A stretch of DNA of 64,000 nucleotides from an uncultured Gemmatimonadaceae bacterium (GCA_963829055.1 CAWHHI010000020.1:1-64000), one strand, 5' to 3'; shown: positions 12,396 to 24,820, counted from the first letter of the stretch. A program made the numbers and translations. Notes: generated by a model not told the origin, from the letters alone.

Positions 12396-13121
12396 TCACG
12401 TGGAGCGAAGCCGCGCCACGAGCGCCGTGGTTTCGGCCGACGGCTCGGTCTGGAGCTCGAACCTGAGCCGCCGCGCGAAGCCGTCGAAGAGACTGATCGC
12501 GCCAGCCCGGTCGCCAATGCGGTCGAGCATGAGGAGCGCGCGCCGAAGGACGCGCTCGTCCGTCCACGCCCGACGCGCGGCCAGGCGCGCCCAACCGCCT
12601 GCATCGGTCAGCTGCTGGTTCTCCTCGCACGCGCAGGCCAGTGCCCACACCGCCGCGACCACGCGCTCGAGCGCCGCTGCTCGCATCTCCTCCAGCCAGA
12701 GATCGAACTCTCCGCACTCGGGGAGGTGGAAGCCGGGCATGAGGTCGCCGCGATAGAGCTCGAGCGCGCGACCGAGGCGTCCCGCCTCGATCTCGCTCGT
12801 GAACTCGACGGCGTCACAAGAGAGGACGTCCGGCCCAATTACCAGCTCTTCATCGCCGAACGAAACAATCGCGTCCGCGCCGAGGACCGACCGCACCGCG
12901 TGCACGGTTTTGCGCAGCGCACTCCGGGCGTGTGCCTGATCCAGCGTCGGCCATAACAGGCCGGCCAGCCGGTCCCTCCGCTGGCGAAGACCAGCCTGCG
13001 CCAGCAGGAGGTAGGCGAGGAAGCCCACCGTCTTCGACTGTCCGAGCAGAAGGCGCGCACCCTCCGGCGGGACACCGTCCAACGCGGTGCCCCCGAGCAG
13101 ACGAAGAGTGGGGCGCGTCAC
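12396..13121 (-). CDS. SARP/BTAD-domain transcriptional regulator
   Basis: LRLLGG, LAYLLL, RRDRLAGLLWP, ALELYRGDLMPGF and EPSAET. GTG start at 13121 preceded by GGAGG. Confidence 0.85.
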   Translation of the reverse strand: MTRPTLRLLGGTALDGVPPEGARLLLGQSKTVGFLAYLLLAQAGLRQRRDRLAGLLWPTLDQAHARSALRKTVHAVRSVLGADAIVSFGDEELVIGPDVLSCDAVEFTSEIEAGRLGRALELYRGDLMPGFHLPECGEFDLWLEEMRAAALERVVAAVWALACACEENQQLTDAGGWARLAARRAWTDERVLRRALLMLDRIGDRAGAISLFDGFARRLRFELQTEPSAETTALVARLRST

Positions 13122-13373
13122 TGGAGCACCTCCGCGCGAAGACCGTGAGCCGGGGCGACTCCGGACCCAAGGTAGATGGCGCTGTTCCCGTCGAACAGAG
13201 GGCATCTCGCGAACCGCGATGATTGCCCGACGGAACGCGAAAAGAACGCGAAAGAGCTACTGCGCGAACGGCTCCGGAACGGCGACGGAACCACCGGCAA
13301 ATACGGTTGAGTCACCAACGTCGCTCGTATCTCAGTCCGTTAGTGACATCAGCCTGGCTGGAGGACCCGTACA

Positions 13374-13931
13374 ATGACTCGCGCACAACTACTGACCGCG
13401 GCAGTTCTGATCGCCTGCGGATGCACGGAATCATCGGTGGGGCCCGGGTATTCCGGCGGAGGGACTCCTCCTCCTCCTCCTCCCAATCTCGGACTCACGG
13501 TGATCACAGGGACCGTCTCGATCGACGGCTCGGCGTCACCCGTTGCGGTATCACTGCAACTCGAATCCGGCGCGGTGGTCGCACTCGTCGGCGGGGAAGC
13601 GCAGCGGCTCGGCATCCTTGACGGTGCCGAAGTTGAACTGCGCGGCGCCTGGACGGTCGTGGACTCGCGGCACTTCGAGACCGACGACGCTATCGACACG
13701 GTCATACCGACCTTCGAGGTTGACAGGTTTCAGGTGCTGGTCGTGGGGGGGCGTGCCGCCATCGACGGTATGCTGGCGGAGGAAGATGGCACATACTACG
13801 TCGAGCTCCTGGACGGCGACCTCGTCTGGCTCGATTCGGCGCCGTCCGATTTCCAGTCCTGCCTCGGCAAACGGGTCTGGGTGACTGGCTCGGTGGACGA
13901 TCCGCCGTTCATGATCGGAGTGATCGACTAG
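13374..13931 (+). CDS. Hypothetical lipoprotein
   Basis: GGAGG RBS, lipoprotein-like signal, poly-Pro linker and two beta-rich segments. Confidence 0.7.
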   Translation: MTRAQLLTAAVLIACGCTESSVGPGYSGGGTPPPPPPNLGLTVITGTVSIDGSASPVAVSLQLESGAVVALVGGEAQRLGILDGAEVELRGAWTVVDSRHFETDDAIDTVIPTFEVDRFQVLVVGGRAAIDGMLAEEDGTYYVELLDGDLVWLDSAPSDFQSCLGKRVWVTGSVDDPPFMIGVID

Positions 13932-14060
13932 CACGAACAGAGGATCGCCGGTGGCGGTTGCACCAGCGTGACATGCGAGCGGGCCCGCGAAAGCGGGTCC
14001 GCTCGGTTTTCCTGTTCCGGATCATCCGAGAGATGTCGGAATGAGCCACGACAACTTCCA

Positions 14061-15008
14061 CTAATACTCACGCTCGCGATCGACCGTACGTGCCGGGGTC
14101 TCCCCGCGCTCGATCTCCTCGAGGCACTCGAGGAAGCCGACGATCGCTCCTTCTGCCGTCGTCGGTCCCGAGCTGTGTGGCGAGATCATCACGCGCGGGT
14201 CATCCCACAGCGGCGAATCGCTCGGCAGCGGCTCGACCGTGAACACGTCGAGCATCGCCGCCGCGAGCCAGCCGTTGTCGAGCGCTTCGGGAATGAGCGC
14301 CTCATCGACCACTGCCCCACGTCCCGCGTTCATCAACACCGCGCCGCGACAGGCGCTCAACACGTCACGCCCGATGAGCCCGCGCGTCTCCGACGTCAGC
14401 GGCACGGTGACGATGAGCCAGTCGGCCATCGCCGCGAGCCGCGGAAGCTCCGACACCTTGGACGTCGACGCGTACACCCCGGCGTCGCCGGTGCCTGACC
14501 GGGACACGCCGTGCACCTCCGCGCCTAACGCCGCAAAGAGTCGCGCGATGTGCGACCCGACGTCGCCCGTGCCAACGACGACGGCGCGCGAGCCGCGGAC
14601 GTAGCTGGCGTCACGAGGCGCCCATTCGTGGCGTCGCTGCTTCTCCGCCAGATCCAGCAATTGCTGGCGAAACGCGAGCGCCCGCGCGAGCGCCCACTCG
14701 GCGATGTAGACGCCGAAGGATTCCGACGTGCGCGTCAGGAGAATCTCGCGCGGTAATCCAGGCGGCGAGAGCCATGAGTCCACGCCGGCGCCGGTGCAGT
14801 GCACCCACCGGACGTTGCCCATCGTCGGCAGCGGCGGACGCCTGAAGCCCATGTACGTGTCGGCCCACGCGAGGTCGTCCGCGGTGACGTCGGTATAGGC
14901 GCTGCCCCGGACTTCGAGGTCGCCACGTCGTGCACGCAGCCGGTTCGCCAGCTCGGCATGCGCACCGGCGCCAATCACGACCCGGCGCGGTTTGAGACGT
15001 GTGCTCAC
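14061..15008 (-). CDS. D-2-hydroxyacid dehydrogenase (GhrA-like)
   Basis: GAGVD, Rossmann GTGDVG, VPLTSETRGLI, NAGRGAVVDE, LDVFTVEPLP and SPHSSG. Confidence 0.9.
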   Translation of the reverse strand: MSTRLKPRRVVIGAGAHAELANRLRARRGDLEVRGSAYTDVTADDLAWADTYMGFRRPPLPTMGNVRWVHCTGAGVDSWLSPPGLPREILLTRTSESFGVYIAEWALARALAFRQQLLDLAEKQRRHEWAPRDASYVRGSRAVVVGTGDVGSHIARLFAALGAEVHGVSRSGTGDAGVYASTSKVSELPRLAAMADWLIVTVPLTSETRGLIGRDVLSACRGAVLMNAGRGAVVDEALIPEALDNGWLAAAMLDVFTVEPLPSDSPLWDDPRVMISPHSSGPTTAEGAIVGFLECLEEIERGETPARTVDREREY

Positions 15009-15056
15009 GTCGTGCTCCGATCCTTCTCCGATCCTTTGGTCGAGCTCACTGGTGGT

Positions 15057-15581
15057 TCACCGGCGACTCGACGGCGGAACCAGCTTGTTCAGCCGCATGT
15101 AGGTCACGATGTTGCCGTAATGCTCGCCGTCGTGCGCCGCGTTCGCGATGAGCGCGTAGAACCTCGGATGCTGCTGGCCGAAGATGTCCACGGGCGCCTT
15201 CAGGCTGGCGTCGGGCAGGGCGTAGGCGCGCTCGCAATACTGGTTCGACTCCTTGAGCGCGGCGACGATCGCCGCCTTCGTCTTGGCGCCCTTCTCCACG
15301 ACGTCCTCCTCCGGAGCTTTCTCGCCGAGTGCCATCGCGCAGTACATTTTTTGCGATCCCGCGACGTGGGCGAACAGCTCGCCGAAACTGCGCACGTCGG
15401 GCGTCGGCTTATACGCGTACATCGACTCCGAGATCTCGTCGGCGGATTGAGTGACGTTGACGATGATGCCCTTCCACAGAGCGCGGGCCTCACTGGCGTG
15501 CGACGGCGATTGCGCGGCTTGCGCGGCGGCGGTCGAGACGGCGAGGGGAAACGCGGCGACTGCGAGGATGTTTCTTAGCAT
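15057..15581 (-). CDS. DinB-family protein (exported)
   Basis: YAYKPTPDVRSFGELFAHVA and HDGEHYGNIVTYMRLNKLVPP. Signal peptide from ATG 15581. Confidence 0.88.
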   Translation of the reverse strand: MLRNILAVAAFPLAVSTAAAQAAQSPSHASEARALWKGIIVNVTQSADEISESMYAYKPTPDVRSFGELFAHVAGSQKMYCAMALGEKAPEEDVVEKGAKTKAAIVAALKESNQYCERAYALPDASLKAPVDIFGQQHPRFYALIANAAHDGEHYGNIVTYMRLNKLVPPSSRR

Positions 15582-15668
15582 GGTCGGATGGGATGAAGAG
15601 GTTGCGACCAACTTCGCACGAACGAGGTTGTCCCACCAGCGATGGTACCCACGCGGCGGGGCCAGGTG

Positions 15669-17965
15669 ATGGCGCGTCACCTTCGCGGCTGGGTGATCTT
15701 CGCCAGTGTCGTCGCGCTCGTGTTCCTGCTGGCGAACCGCCTCCTCATCACCGGACGCGCCGTAGGGATCTGGGACGTCGACGGCCAGTACTTTCCGCAG
15801 TTCGTCCTCGTCGCCGACCACGCGCGCGCCGGCCAGTTTCTTCGCTGGGACCCATGGTCGGATGGCGGACTCCCGTCGTTCAGCGAACCGCAGATCGGCG
15901 CGTTCTCGCCGATCGTGAATGCGTTCGGCCTTCTGCTCGGCGGGCGGCCGGCGTCGTTCATCGCGTACTGGCTGTTTCACTGGGCGCTCGGCGCCGCGGG
16001 AATCTTCGTTCTCGCACGTCACCTGCGCGCGCCCGCGTGGGGCGCGTGTGTCGTCGCGCTCGGCTACGTGTTCTCGGGGCTGTACACCGGCCATGCGCAG
16101 CACACGACCTTCGTCGCCGGATTCTCGTGGGTGCCGTGGATCATCTGGCAGTTGGATCTGGCGCTCCAGCGACGATCGCTGCGCCACGCTGCGCAGGCGG
16201 GAGCGCTCTGGGGCGTCGGGGCGCTCGCCGGTCATCCATCCGTCACGATACTGACGGGTTGCTTCGCCGCGCTCTGGGTTCTCGGGAAAGGTCCTGTTCG
16301 GAGTGGAGGCGCGAGGCGCGTCGTCGATCACCGAAGGATTGCGAAGGGAGCGTCGCAGCAGGGCGAAGCCGGCCGTGCACCCGGCGACGGATCGATCTGG
16401 CACTCGCGGTGGCTGCTCTCGGAACCCTGGCCGTTGTCGGTGTGATCGTGCTGTCCCCGACGTACGTCGGCGAGCTCCTCGAGGGACGCGGTGTGCACTC
16501 GCGGAGCCAGCCGCTGTCGCGCGCGCAGGCAGCGCATAACGAGCTTCCGCCCGCCGCCGTCGTCACCCTCGCGAGTGCGTATCCGGCGCGCATCAAGGCG
16601 TTCTTCCCCGACGTCGTGTGGCCCTGGACGCACGTCTCGATGGTCAGCGTGTATGCCGGCGTGCTCATTCCGCTGCTCGCGTTATGCGCGCTCGCGTCAG
16701 GCCGGTCTGACCGCTGGCTGTGGTGGCTCCTCGGGGTCGGACTGCTCAGCCTCGGCGCCGCCATGGGCGAGTCGCTTCCAGTCCGCGGCTGGCTGTACGA
16801 CGTGTTCTACCCGATGCGGTACTTTCGACACTCGGCGGTGTTCCGGCTGTTTTTCGTGTTCCCACTCGCCGTTCTCGCGCTGCACGGATCGAAGGTGGTG
16901 GATCGTGCCGTCCGCCTCGAGGCGGGAGCATCGTGGGGGAGATTCGTCGTCGGCGCGGCGGTCGCTGCCACTGCAGCCATTCTCGCCTATGAAGCGTTTC
17001 TGGCGACGCTCCCGGTTCCAACCGGGAGAGCGGGGCCTCTGGTGGTCTTGCTCTGGCTCGCGCCGGTCGCCGTCGGGCTCGTCGGAGTCATTCGACGCAG
17101 CCTTCGACGTTGGATACCAGTGATGCTCGTCGTCCTCGCATCCGCCGACGCCCTTCTCACGGAGCAGCTGTCACGACTCATGATGGTGGGCGTGGGCGAG
17201 GATGTGCGCCGCTGGCGCGACCTGGATGCGCGACATCAGCGATCGCTCGACCTAACGCGAACTGGCCTGTTCCGCACGGAGTCGACGTGTGAGCCATGGA
17301 CACCGGAGCAGTGCTGGCGGAACGACCAGTTGATCACGAAGGTGCCGTCGCTCCGTGCGTACGCGACGTTCACGAACGACTTTCATTACGCGATGAGCCG
17401 GCACCCGGTGCTCCGGGCCTCCGCCTCCGGGAACGATCGGATGTGGTTCGCATCGGTCGCGGCCATGGCGCCGGTTACCGATACCGCGTTCGCGGCATTC
17501 GTGCGTCGCACGGACTCGCTCGGCGCGCCGCCGCTGATCCTGCACACGCGAACGCAAATGCTCGGCGCCGGCTTGCACCGGGCAGACCCGCGCCGCTACC
17601 CGCGGATCGACAGCGTGCCGAGTGCGCGGCGCATCCCGGTCCGGGTGCTCGCTTACCTGCCTAACGAGTTGGCGGTACGCCTCTCGGCACCCGATACCGG
17701 GTGGCTGATGGTTACTGATCGCTGGGCGCCGGGCTGGCGTGCCACGGTGAACGGGCAGCCGGCGGCGACATTCGGCGCGGATTTCATCTTCCGCGCAGTC
17801 GCGGTGCGACGTGGCGAGAACGTCGTTCGCTTCACCTATCAGCCGGCCGGCTACCCGTGGCTCCTTGCTCTGAGTTGGCTGACGCTCGCGTGCGTCGTCG
17901 GCTGGAGCGCGGCGGCGGCCGCTCGTTCAAGAGCTCGTGGAAGTTGGGAACACCCTGAAACCTGA
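15669..17965 (+). CDS. YfhO-like multi-pass membrane protein (GT-C glycosyltransferase-like); frameshift near 16300-16390
   Basis: WDPWSDGGLP, many TM segments and the C-terminal LMVTDRWAPGWRATVNG..FRAVAVRRGENVVRFTYQP. Confidence 0.8.
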
Positions 17966-18093
17966 TGCCTGCACCTGAGTAGCTCAGTGCTGAGAACTGG
18001 GCGTGCTGCCGCCGGACGCCCGCCCGCTCCTCGAGCAGACCGGGCCAGTTTGGAGCAGATCAGCTACTCAGCTCGAGGTTTCAGGTGTCAGGG
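17953..18093. repeat. Repeat family C element
   Basis: CCCTGAAACCTGATGCC..CTGAGTAGCT...AGCTACTCAG..TCAGGG hairpin. 33 bp match 21284-21316 perfectly in inverted orientation. Confidence 0.75.
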
Positions 18094-18308
18094 TGAACCG
18101 CCAAGCGTGATTGTCCAATCAATAGCTCACGAGCTCACGGATGCGGCCGGTTCCTTGCGTCATGACGCCGCGCACGCTCCCTTTTGCACAGCGTCGGCGC
18201 CGAAACACGGTGCTGATCACACTTCCGACTCGAAGTCCCCTCGATCGATCCTCCCGTGACGGTTTTGCACCGGGATGTCAGGACCCGGGATTATCGCACC
18301 GAGGATCC

Positions 18309-20806
18309 ATGCACAATTCGCCAGGCAGGTCCGACGTCGATCGTCGTCGCGAGATCCGGGACGCTGAAGCGCTGCTGACCACCGGCGCGCTCCAGAGCGC
18401 GATCTTCAACAGCGCGAACTTCTCCAGCATCGCCACCGACGCCGCCGGCGTCATCCAGATTTTCAACGTCGGCGCCGAGCGCATGCTTGGTTATGCCGCC
18501 GCTGATGTCGTGAACAGGATCACGCCGGCCGACATCTCGGACCCGCAGGAGGTCGTCAGCCGCGCCAGGGCGTTGAGCGCGGAGCTTGGCACCGCCATCA
18601 CGCCGGGCTTCGAGGCACTGGTGTTCAAGGCGTCGCGTGGAATCGAGGACATCTACGAGCTCACCTACATCCGCAAGGACGGGAGCCGGTTCCCCGCCGT
18701 GGTCTCCGTAACGGCGCTGCGTGACGCGCAGGAGCGCATCATCGGCTATCTGCTGATCGGCACCGACAACACCGCGCGCAAGCAGATCGAGGACGAGCGC
18801 ATGAAGCTCGACCAGCGACTCCGCGACCAGCACTTCTACACGCGGTCGCTGATCGAGAGCAACATCGACGCGCTGATGACCACCGACCCGCGCGGCGTCA
18901 TCACGGACGTCAACAAGCAGATGGAAGCCCTGACGGGATGCACGCGCGATGAGCTGATCGGCGCGCCGTTCAAGGGCTACTTCACCGAGCCCGAGCGCGC
19001 CGAGCTCGCGATCAACCGCGTGCTGAGCGAAGGCAAGGTCACGAACTACGAGCTAACGGCGCGCGACCGCGACGGCACGCTGACGGTCGTCTCGTACAAC
19101 GCGACCACGTTCCACGATCGCGATCGGCGCCTGCAAGGCGTCTTCGCGTCCGCGCGTGACATGACGGAGCTCAAGGCGATCGAGCGAGCGCTCACGCAGA
19201 AGAACGCGGAGCTCGAGGACGCGAGCCGCATGAAGTCGGAGTTCCTCGCCAACATGTCGCACGAGTTGCGCACACCGCTCAACGCGATCATCGGCTTCTC
19301 CGAAGTGTTAGGCGACGGCCTGCTCGGCGACATGACGGAGAAGCAGCGCCGGTTCATCGGCGACATCTTCAAGAGCGGCAAGCATCTCCTCTCGCTGATC
19401 AACGACATCCTCGACCTGTCCAAGGTGGAAGCCGGGAAGATGCTGCTCGACCTGGACACGTTCGAGATCGCGCCGATGCTCAGCAACAGTCTCTCGATCG
19501 TGAAGGGACAGGCCGCGGTGCGGCACGTTAGGCTGGACATGCAGGTGGCGAGCGACCTGAGCGCGCTCACCGCTGACGCCCGGAAGGTCAAGCAGATCGT
19601 CTACAACCTGCTCTCCAACGCCGTGAAGTTCACGGCGGATGGCGGCGATGTCATTCTGCGCGCGGATCGCGTCACGCGTGACGATGTCGGCGCGTTGCCC
19701 GGCGATTGGGCTGGGCGAACGCTTCCCTCTGGCGACCAGCGACTTTTCGGAGTTCCTCCGGCTCAGCGTCAGGGACAACGGCATCGGCATCTCGCCGGAC
19801 GGCCTCGAGCAACTGTTCAAGCCGTTCAGCCAGGTCGATAGCGGCCTGTCGCGACAGTTCGAGGGGACGGGACTCGGGTTGGCGATGGTCAAGCTGCTCG
19901 TCGATCTGCACGGGGGCGTCGTCGCGGTCGAGAGCGCGGTCGGCACGGGCTCGTGCTTCACCGTGTGGATTCCGATGCGCGGGCGGAGCGGTGCAGACGT
20001 GGTGTCGCCGCCGCCACGCGTGCCTAACGCTCGCGAAGCAGCGGGAGGAACCCGCACCGCGCTCGTCGTCGAGAGCAACTACCGGTCGGCCGAATTGATC
20101 AGGGTGCAGCTCGAGGCGGAGAATTTCACGGTGATCCACGCTCGCAGCTCCGAGGACGCGATCATCGCCGCTCAGCGTGAGCCGCTGGCGCTGATCACAC
20201 TCGACATCATGATGCCCGACGTCGACGGATGGGCCTTCCTCGAGCAGCTCAAGAGCATTCCGTCGCTGCGTTCCGTCCCGGTGGTCATCATTTCGATCCT
20301 CGCCGATCGCACCAAGGGCTTCGCGCTCGGTGCGGCGGCGGTGATGCAGTCACCGGTTTCGCGACAGGAGCTGTACGACACGCTCGCGATGCTCGGCCTG
20401 TCGCCGCGTGTCCGGCGATCAGCGGATCCGGGTGCTCGTCGTGGACGACGACCCGAAGGCGGTGGACCTGATCGCCGTGCGCATTGGCGGCATGGCGAGC
20501 GAGATCTTCCGCGCGTCAGGCGGGCGCGAGGCCATCGAGATCGCGCAACGCGAGCTGCCCGACCTGATCGTGCTCGACCTGATGATGCCGGACGTGGACG
20601 GCTTCGACGTCGTGGAGGCGCTCAACACTCAGCCCGCCACAGCGAGCATCCCGGTGGTCGTCGTCACGGCGTCGGCGGTGACCGCCGACGAGCGAGCAAG
20701 GCTCAACGGCTTCGTGACGACCGTGATGGGCAAGGCCGGCTTCGACAGCGACCTGTTCATCGCTGAAGTCCGCCGCGCGATGGCCGACCATCCGGTGGGC
20801 GCCTGA
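18309..20806 (+). CDS. Hybrid sensor histidine kinase PAS-PAS-HisKA-HATPase-REC-REC; frameshifts near 19710 and 20410
   Basis: Two PAS domains, H-box FLANMSHELRTPLNAIIGF, NLLSNAVKFT, DNGIGIS, GTGLGL and two receiver domains. Confidence 0.92.
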
Positions 20807-20807
20807 C

Positions 20808-21173
20808 ATGGCGACGATCCTGGTCGTGGAGGACAACGCGACGAACATGAAGCTGTCGACGTTCCTCCTCGAGTCCGCGGACCACACCGTGATCGCGGCG
20901 ACGAGTGCGGAGATCGGCCTCACACTCGCCCGCGAGGCGCATCCCGACCTGATCCTGATGGACATCCAGCTGCCCGGCATGGACGGCCTGCAGGCGACGG
21001 CGCTGCTCAAGGCCGACGAGGCGACGCGCGACATTCCGGTGATCGCGCTGACGGCGCTGGCCATGAAGGGCGACGAGGAGCGCATTCTCGCCGCCGGCTG
21101 CGATGGCTACATCGCCAAGCCGCTCGACTACAAGGATTTCCTGGCGAGGATCAAGTCTCGCCTGACTACGTAA
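20808..21173 (+). CDS. Single-domain response regulator (DivK/CheY-like)
   Basis: ILVVEDN, PDLILMDIQLPGMDG, ALTALAMKGD and GYIAKP. Confidence 0.93.
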   Translation: MATILVVEDNATNMKLSTFLLESADHTVIAATSAEIGLTLAREAHPDLILMDIQLPGMDGLQATALLKADEATRDIPVIALTALAMKGDEERILAAGCDGYIAKPLDYKDFLARIKSRLTT

Positions 21174-21189
21174 CTGCGAATCCGCAATC

Positions 21190-21213
21190 GGGGTCAGACT
21201 CGAGTCTGACCCC
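21190..21213. repeat. REP family A copy
   Basis: Perfect palindrome GGGGTCAGACTCGAGTCTGACCCC. Confidence 0.9.
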
Positions 21214-21283
21214 AATGACGTAGTCGTGTCATCATTCCAACGCGGCGGCGGCCGCAACCAGAGTTGAGCTGTTTGTTCGTGCA

Positions 21284-21348
21284 TCCGGCGGCAGCACGCC
21301 CAGTTCTCAGCACTGACCTGCTTCAGGTCCGGATATCAGGTTTCAGGG
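21284..21348. repeat. Repeat family C half element
   Basis: Near reverse complement of 17953-18016. Confidence 0.8.
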
Positions 21349-21352
21349 TTAC

Positions 21353-24300
21353 TCAGTTCGAAATGACGTTAGGCACCTTCCGCTGCTGCAGCATGGCGTT
21401 GAACGCCGCCACCTCTCCCGCCATCACGCGATCGAACTCCGCCTTCACCGCCCGCACCTGCGTTCGCAGCAGATCCGCCACCTGACGCTGACTCGCCGTC
21501 GGCGCATAGTCGCTCGACTCGATCTCCCCAGCCAGATACTGCAGCTGCTCGCTGATCCGCTGTGGCCACCGCAGAATGTCCTGCCCACGTCCGGTGGCGC
21601 GCGTCTGAAACAGCTTCCGCTCCACCACACGCAGCTTCACGTCCAGTGAATCGGCCGCCGTCACTACATCCTTGCGCGTCGAATCGCTCGACATGGTCGA
21701 CTTCAACGCGGCGAGCTGTCCACGCACGTTCTCCAGCGCGTTGATCATCGTCACCGCGCTGTCGAGATCCGCCGCAATCCCCCGCACCGCCGCGACGTTC
21801 TCGGCCAGCGCCGCTTCGGTCGCATCCGCCGTGTTCGGGTCCTTTTTCAGCACCAGCGGCTGCGATTCGCTCGTCCCCGCGATCTTGACGGTGTAGGTGC
21901 CCGGCGGCATCAGAACCCCGAGCCGCCCGACCGTCGGTGCATCGCGTCCCTCCAGAGAGACCGAGAACCACGGCGCGTACTCCGGACTCGTGCGGATCTT
22001 CGCCTGCTTCGTGAGATCGCCCCGCAGGTTCCACCACACGCGGTTGATGCCCGCGTTCCGCGGCGCCTTCATCGTGCGCACGACCGCGCCGGACGCGTCC
22101 GAGATCGTTAGGCTCACGCTGTCCTTCGACACGAGCTTCGTGCCCGCGCTGTCCCGCACGGTGCTGTCGCTGCCGGTCTTGAGATAGAAGTTGATCGACG
22201 CCCCATACGGCGGGGCGTAGCCCGCGCTCGCGTCGTATCCCACCGAGAATGGTTGCTCGGTGCTCAGCAGCCGGTACGCGACCCTCGGCGTGAAGAGGTG
22301 TGCGTCCTTGGCCGTGACTGATGAGCCTAACGCGCGGAGCGGGGTGATGTCGTCCAGGATCCAGAAGCCACGGCCGTACGTCGCCACGACGAGATCGTTG
22401 AAGTGCGGCTGCACCACCATCCAGTACACGGGCGCGTGCGGCAGGTTGTTCTGCATCGGCTGCCAGCTGCGCACCGTCGTTGAACGAGACGTAGAGGCCG
22501 TTCTCGGTCCCGAGGTACAGGAGACCGCGCCTGACGGGATCCTCGCGCACGACGTGCGCGTACGACAGCGGCGACTTCGGGATCCCCGTGGTGATCAACT
22601 TCCACGTCTTGCCGAAGTCCGTCGTCCTGTAGACCCACGGATCGCGGTTGTTCACCTGATGACCGTCTACCGTCAGGTACGCCGTGCCAGCGTCATACCG
22701 CGACGCCTCGATGTTCGAGATCGTGCCCCATTCGAGCAATCCAGGAATATTCCTCGTCACGTTCGTCCATGTGGTGCCACCGTCGCGCGTGACGTGCACG
22801 AGACCGTCGTTCGTGCCCGCCCACAACACCTTCGCGTCCAGCGGCGACTCGCCGATCGCGAACACGACGCCGGCGTACTCGACGCCAATGTTGTCCGGCG
22901 TTAGGCCGCCCGAGATCTTCTGACGCGACTTGTCATTGCGCGTCAGATCAGGGGAGATCTCTTTCCAATGAGTCCCGCCGTCGCTTGTCGCGTGCACGTA
23001 CTGGCTGCCCACGTACAACACGTTGTGATCGTGGGCCGACAGCGTGAGCGGCGCGGTCCACACGAATCGATACTTGAGGCTGTCTGCCGGCCACCCGATC
23101 GTGGCTTGTGGCCAGATCTCCACGTTATGCACCAGCTTCGTCCGCCGATCGTAGCGCGTGATGATCCCGCCCATGGAACCGGACCCCGAGCCGCTCGACC
23201 AGATCAGATTCCCATCCACCGTGTCCGGAATAGCCCACCCGCTCTCGCCACCGCCGACGGTCTCCGAGTGGCCGCGACTGATTGTCGGTACGTCGAGGCC
23301 GACCGAAGTCGCCCTGTCGCGGGTTACTCGGCACCATTGCCGACGGGCCGTCCTGACGATTGCCGTACACGTTGTACGGGATGCGGTTGTCGACCGTGGC
23401 GTGGTACATCTGCGCGAGCGGCAGCTGCGTCACGTTCCACGACTTGCCGCGGTTGATCGAGACCGACACGCCGCCGTCGTGACTCACGATCATGCGGTTG
23501 CCGTTGGTCGGGATCGATCCAGATGTCGTGGTGATCGCCGCCGGGAGTCTCCGTGAACGGCGGATCGATGATGGTCGCACCGCCGTCGAGCGTCTTCGAC
23601 CAGTTCGAGGTGAGGAAGTACGCCTCGTTAGGGTTGTCCGGCGACACGCCCATGCGGTTGTAGTAGTGCGTGCGCCCCGCGACCTGGCGGTCGTGATTGA
23701 CGAGCTGCCACGTGGCGCCCGCGTCGTCGGATCGAAAGAGACGACCGCTGTCCGTCGGCTTCCCATCCGGTGTCGGCACGCCGTCGCCGGTCTCGATGAG
23801 CGCGTAGATGCGGGTCGGATCCGACTTGCTGATGCCGAGTCCGATCTTGCCCACGGTCTTCGACGGCATGCCGGAGCCGGTGAGCTTCGTCCATTTCGTG
23901 CCACCGTCCGTCGACTTCCAGATCCCGCTGCCCGCGCCACCGCTGTTGCGCCCCCACGTCTTGATCTCGATCTGCCAGAAGCCCGCGTACAGGATGCGCG
24001 GATTCGTCGGATCCATCACGATGTCCGACGCGCCCGTGGAGTCGTTCACGAACAACACGCGCTCCCAGTTCTTGCCGCCGTCGGCCGAGCGGTAGATCCC
24101 GCGCTCGGGCTGCGGGCCGTACGCGAAGCCTAACGCGGCGGCGTACACGAGATCCGGATTCGTCGGATGCACCACCACGCGCGAGATGCGGCCCGTGTTC
24201 TCGAGACCCGCGCGCGACCACGTCTTGCCCGCGTCGGTCGACCGGAACATTCCCCAACCCGCGGAGATGTGACTGCGCGTGAACGGCTCACCCGTCCCGG

Positions 24301-24640
24301 CGTACACCACATTCGGGTCGCTGGGCGCCACCGCGAGCGCCCCGACGGACGACACGGGCTGCGCGTCGAAGACCGGGGTCCAGTGAATTCCACCATCGAC
24401 GGACTTCCAGAGTCCCCCTGAGGCGGCACCCGCGTAGTACGTGTTCGGATCGCCCGGAACGCCGGCAACCGAGGTCACGCGATTCCCTTCGGGGCCGATG
24501 TAGCGATACCGAAGCCGCTGATAGACCGCGGTGTCGACCTTCTCGGGGCTGACTTCCTTGAGCTCCCGTTGTGGCTTGTTCTGGGCCGCCGCGACAGACG
24601 CGGCTACGAGCAGCAGGACGGTCGCGACGACTCGGCGCAT
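21353..24640 (-). CDS. Large secreted BNR/Asp-box (VPS10/sialidase-like) beta-propeller protein; about 3 frameshifts
   Basis: YRYIGPEGNRV, repeated SxDGGxxW Asp-boxes, DHHDIWIDP and DLVVATYGRGFWILDD. Confidence 0.9.
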
Positions 24641-24691
24641 GGGACACCAGTGCGGTGACGGGTGCGAAGAACTTACGAAAGTCCGGCAACT

Positions 24692-24808
24692 GGGGTCAGA
24701 CTGACTCGGACTCGAGTCAGACTCGAGTCTGACTCGATTTGTAGCGTTCTATTGCTACGTCATTGCGTCATTGGAGTCAGAGTCGAGTCTGACTCGAGTC
24801 TGACTCCA
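24692..24808. repeat. REP family A cluster (REPIN-like)
   Basis: Tandem GACTCGAGTC(T/A) units on both sides of the spacer TTTGTAGCGTTCTATTGCTACGT, which recurs almost identically at 48110-48187. Confidence 0.9.
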
Positions 24809-24820
24809 ACGAAGGGAGGG

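Noticed and set aside
24692..24808. REP clusters as a CRISPR array
   Set aside because: There is no regular repeat-spacer periodicity, the spacers are shared between loci, and no cas genes are present.
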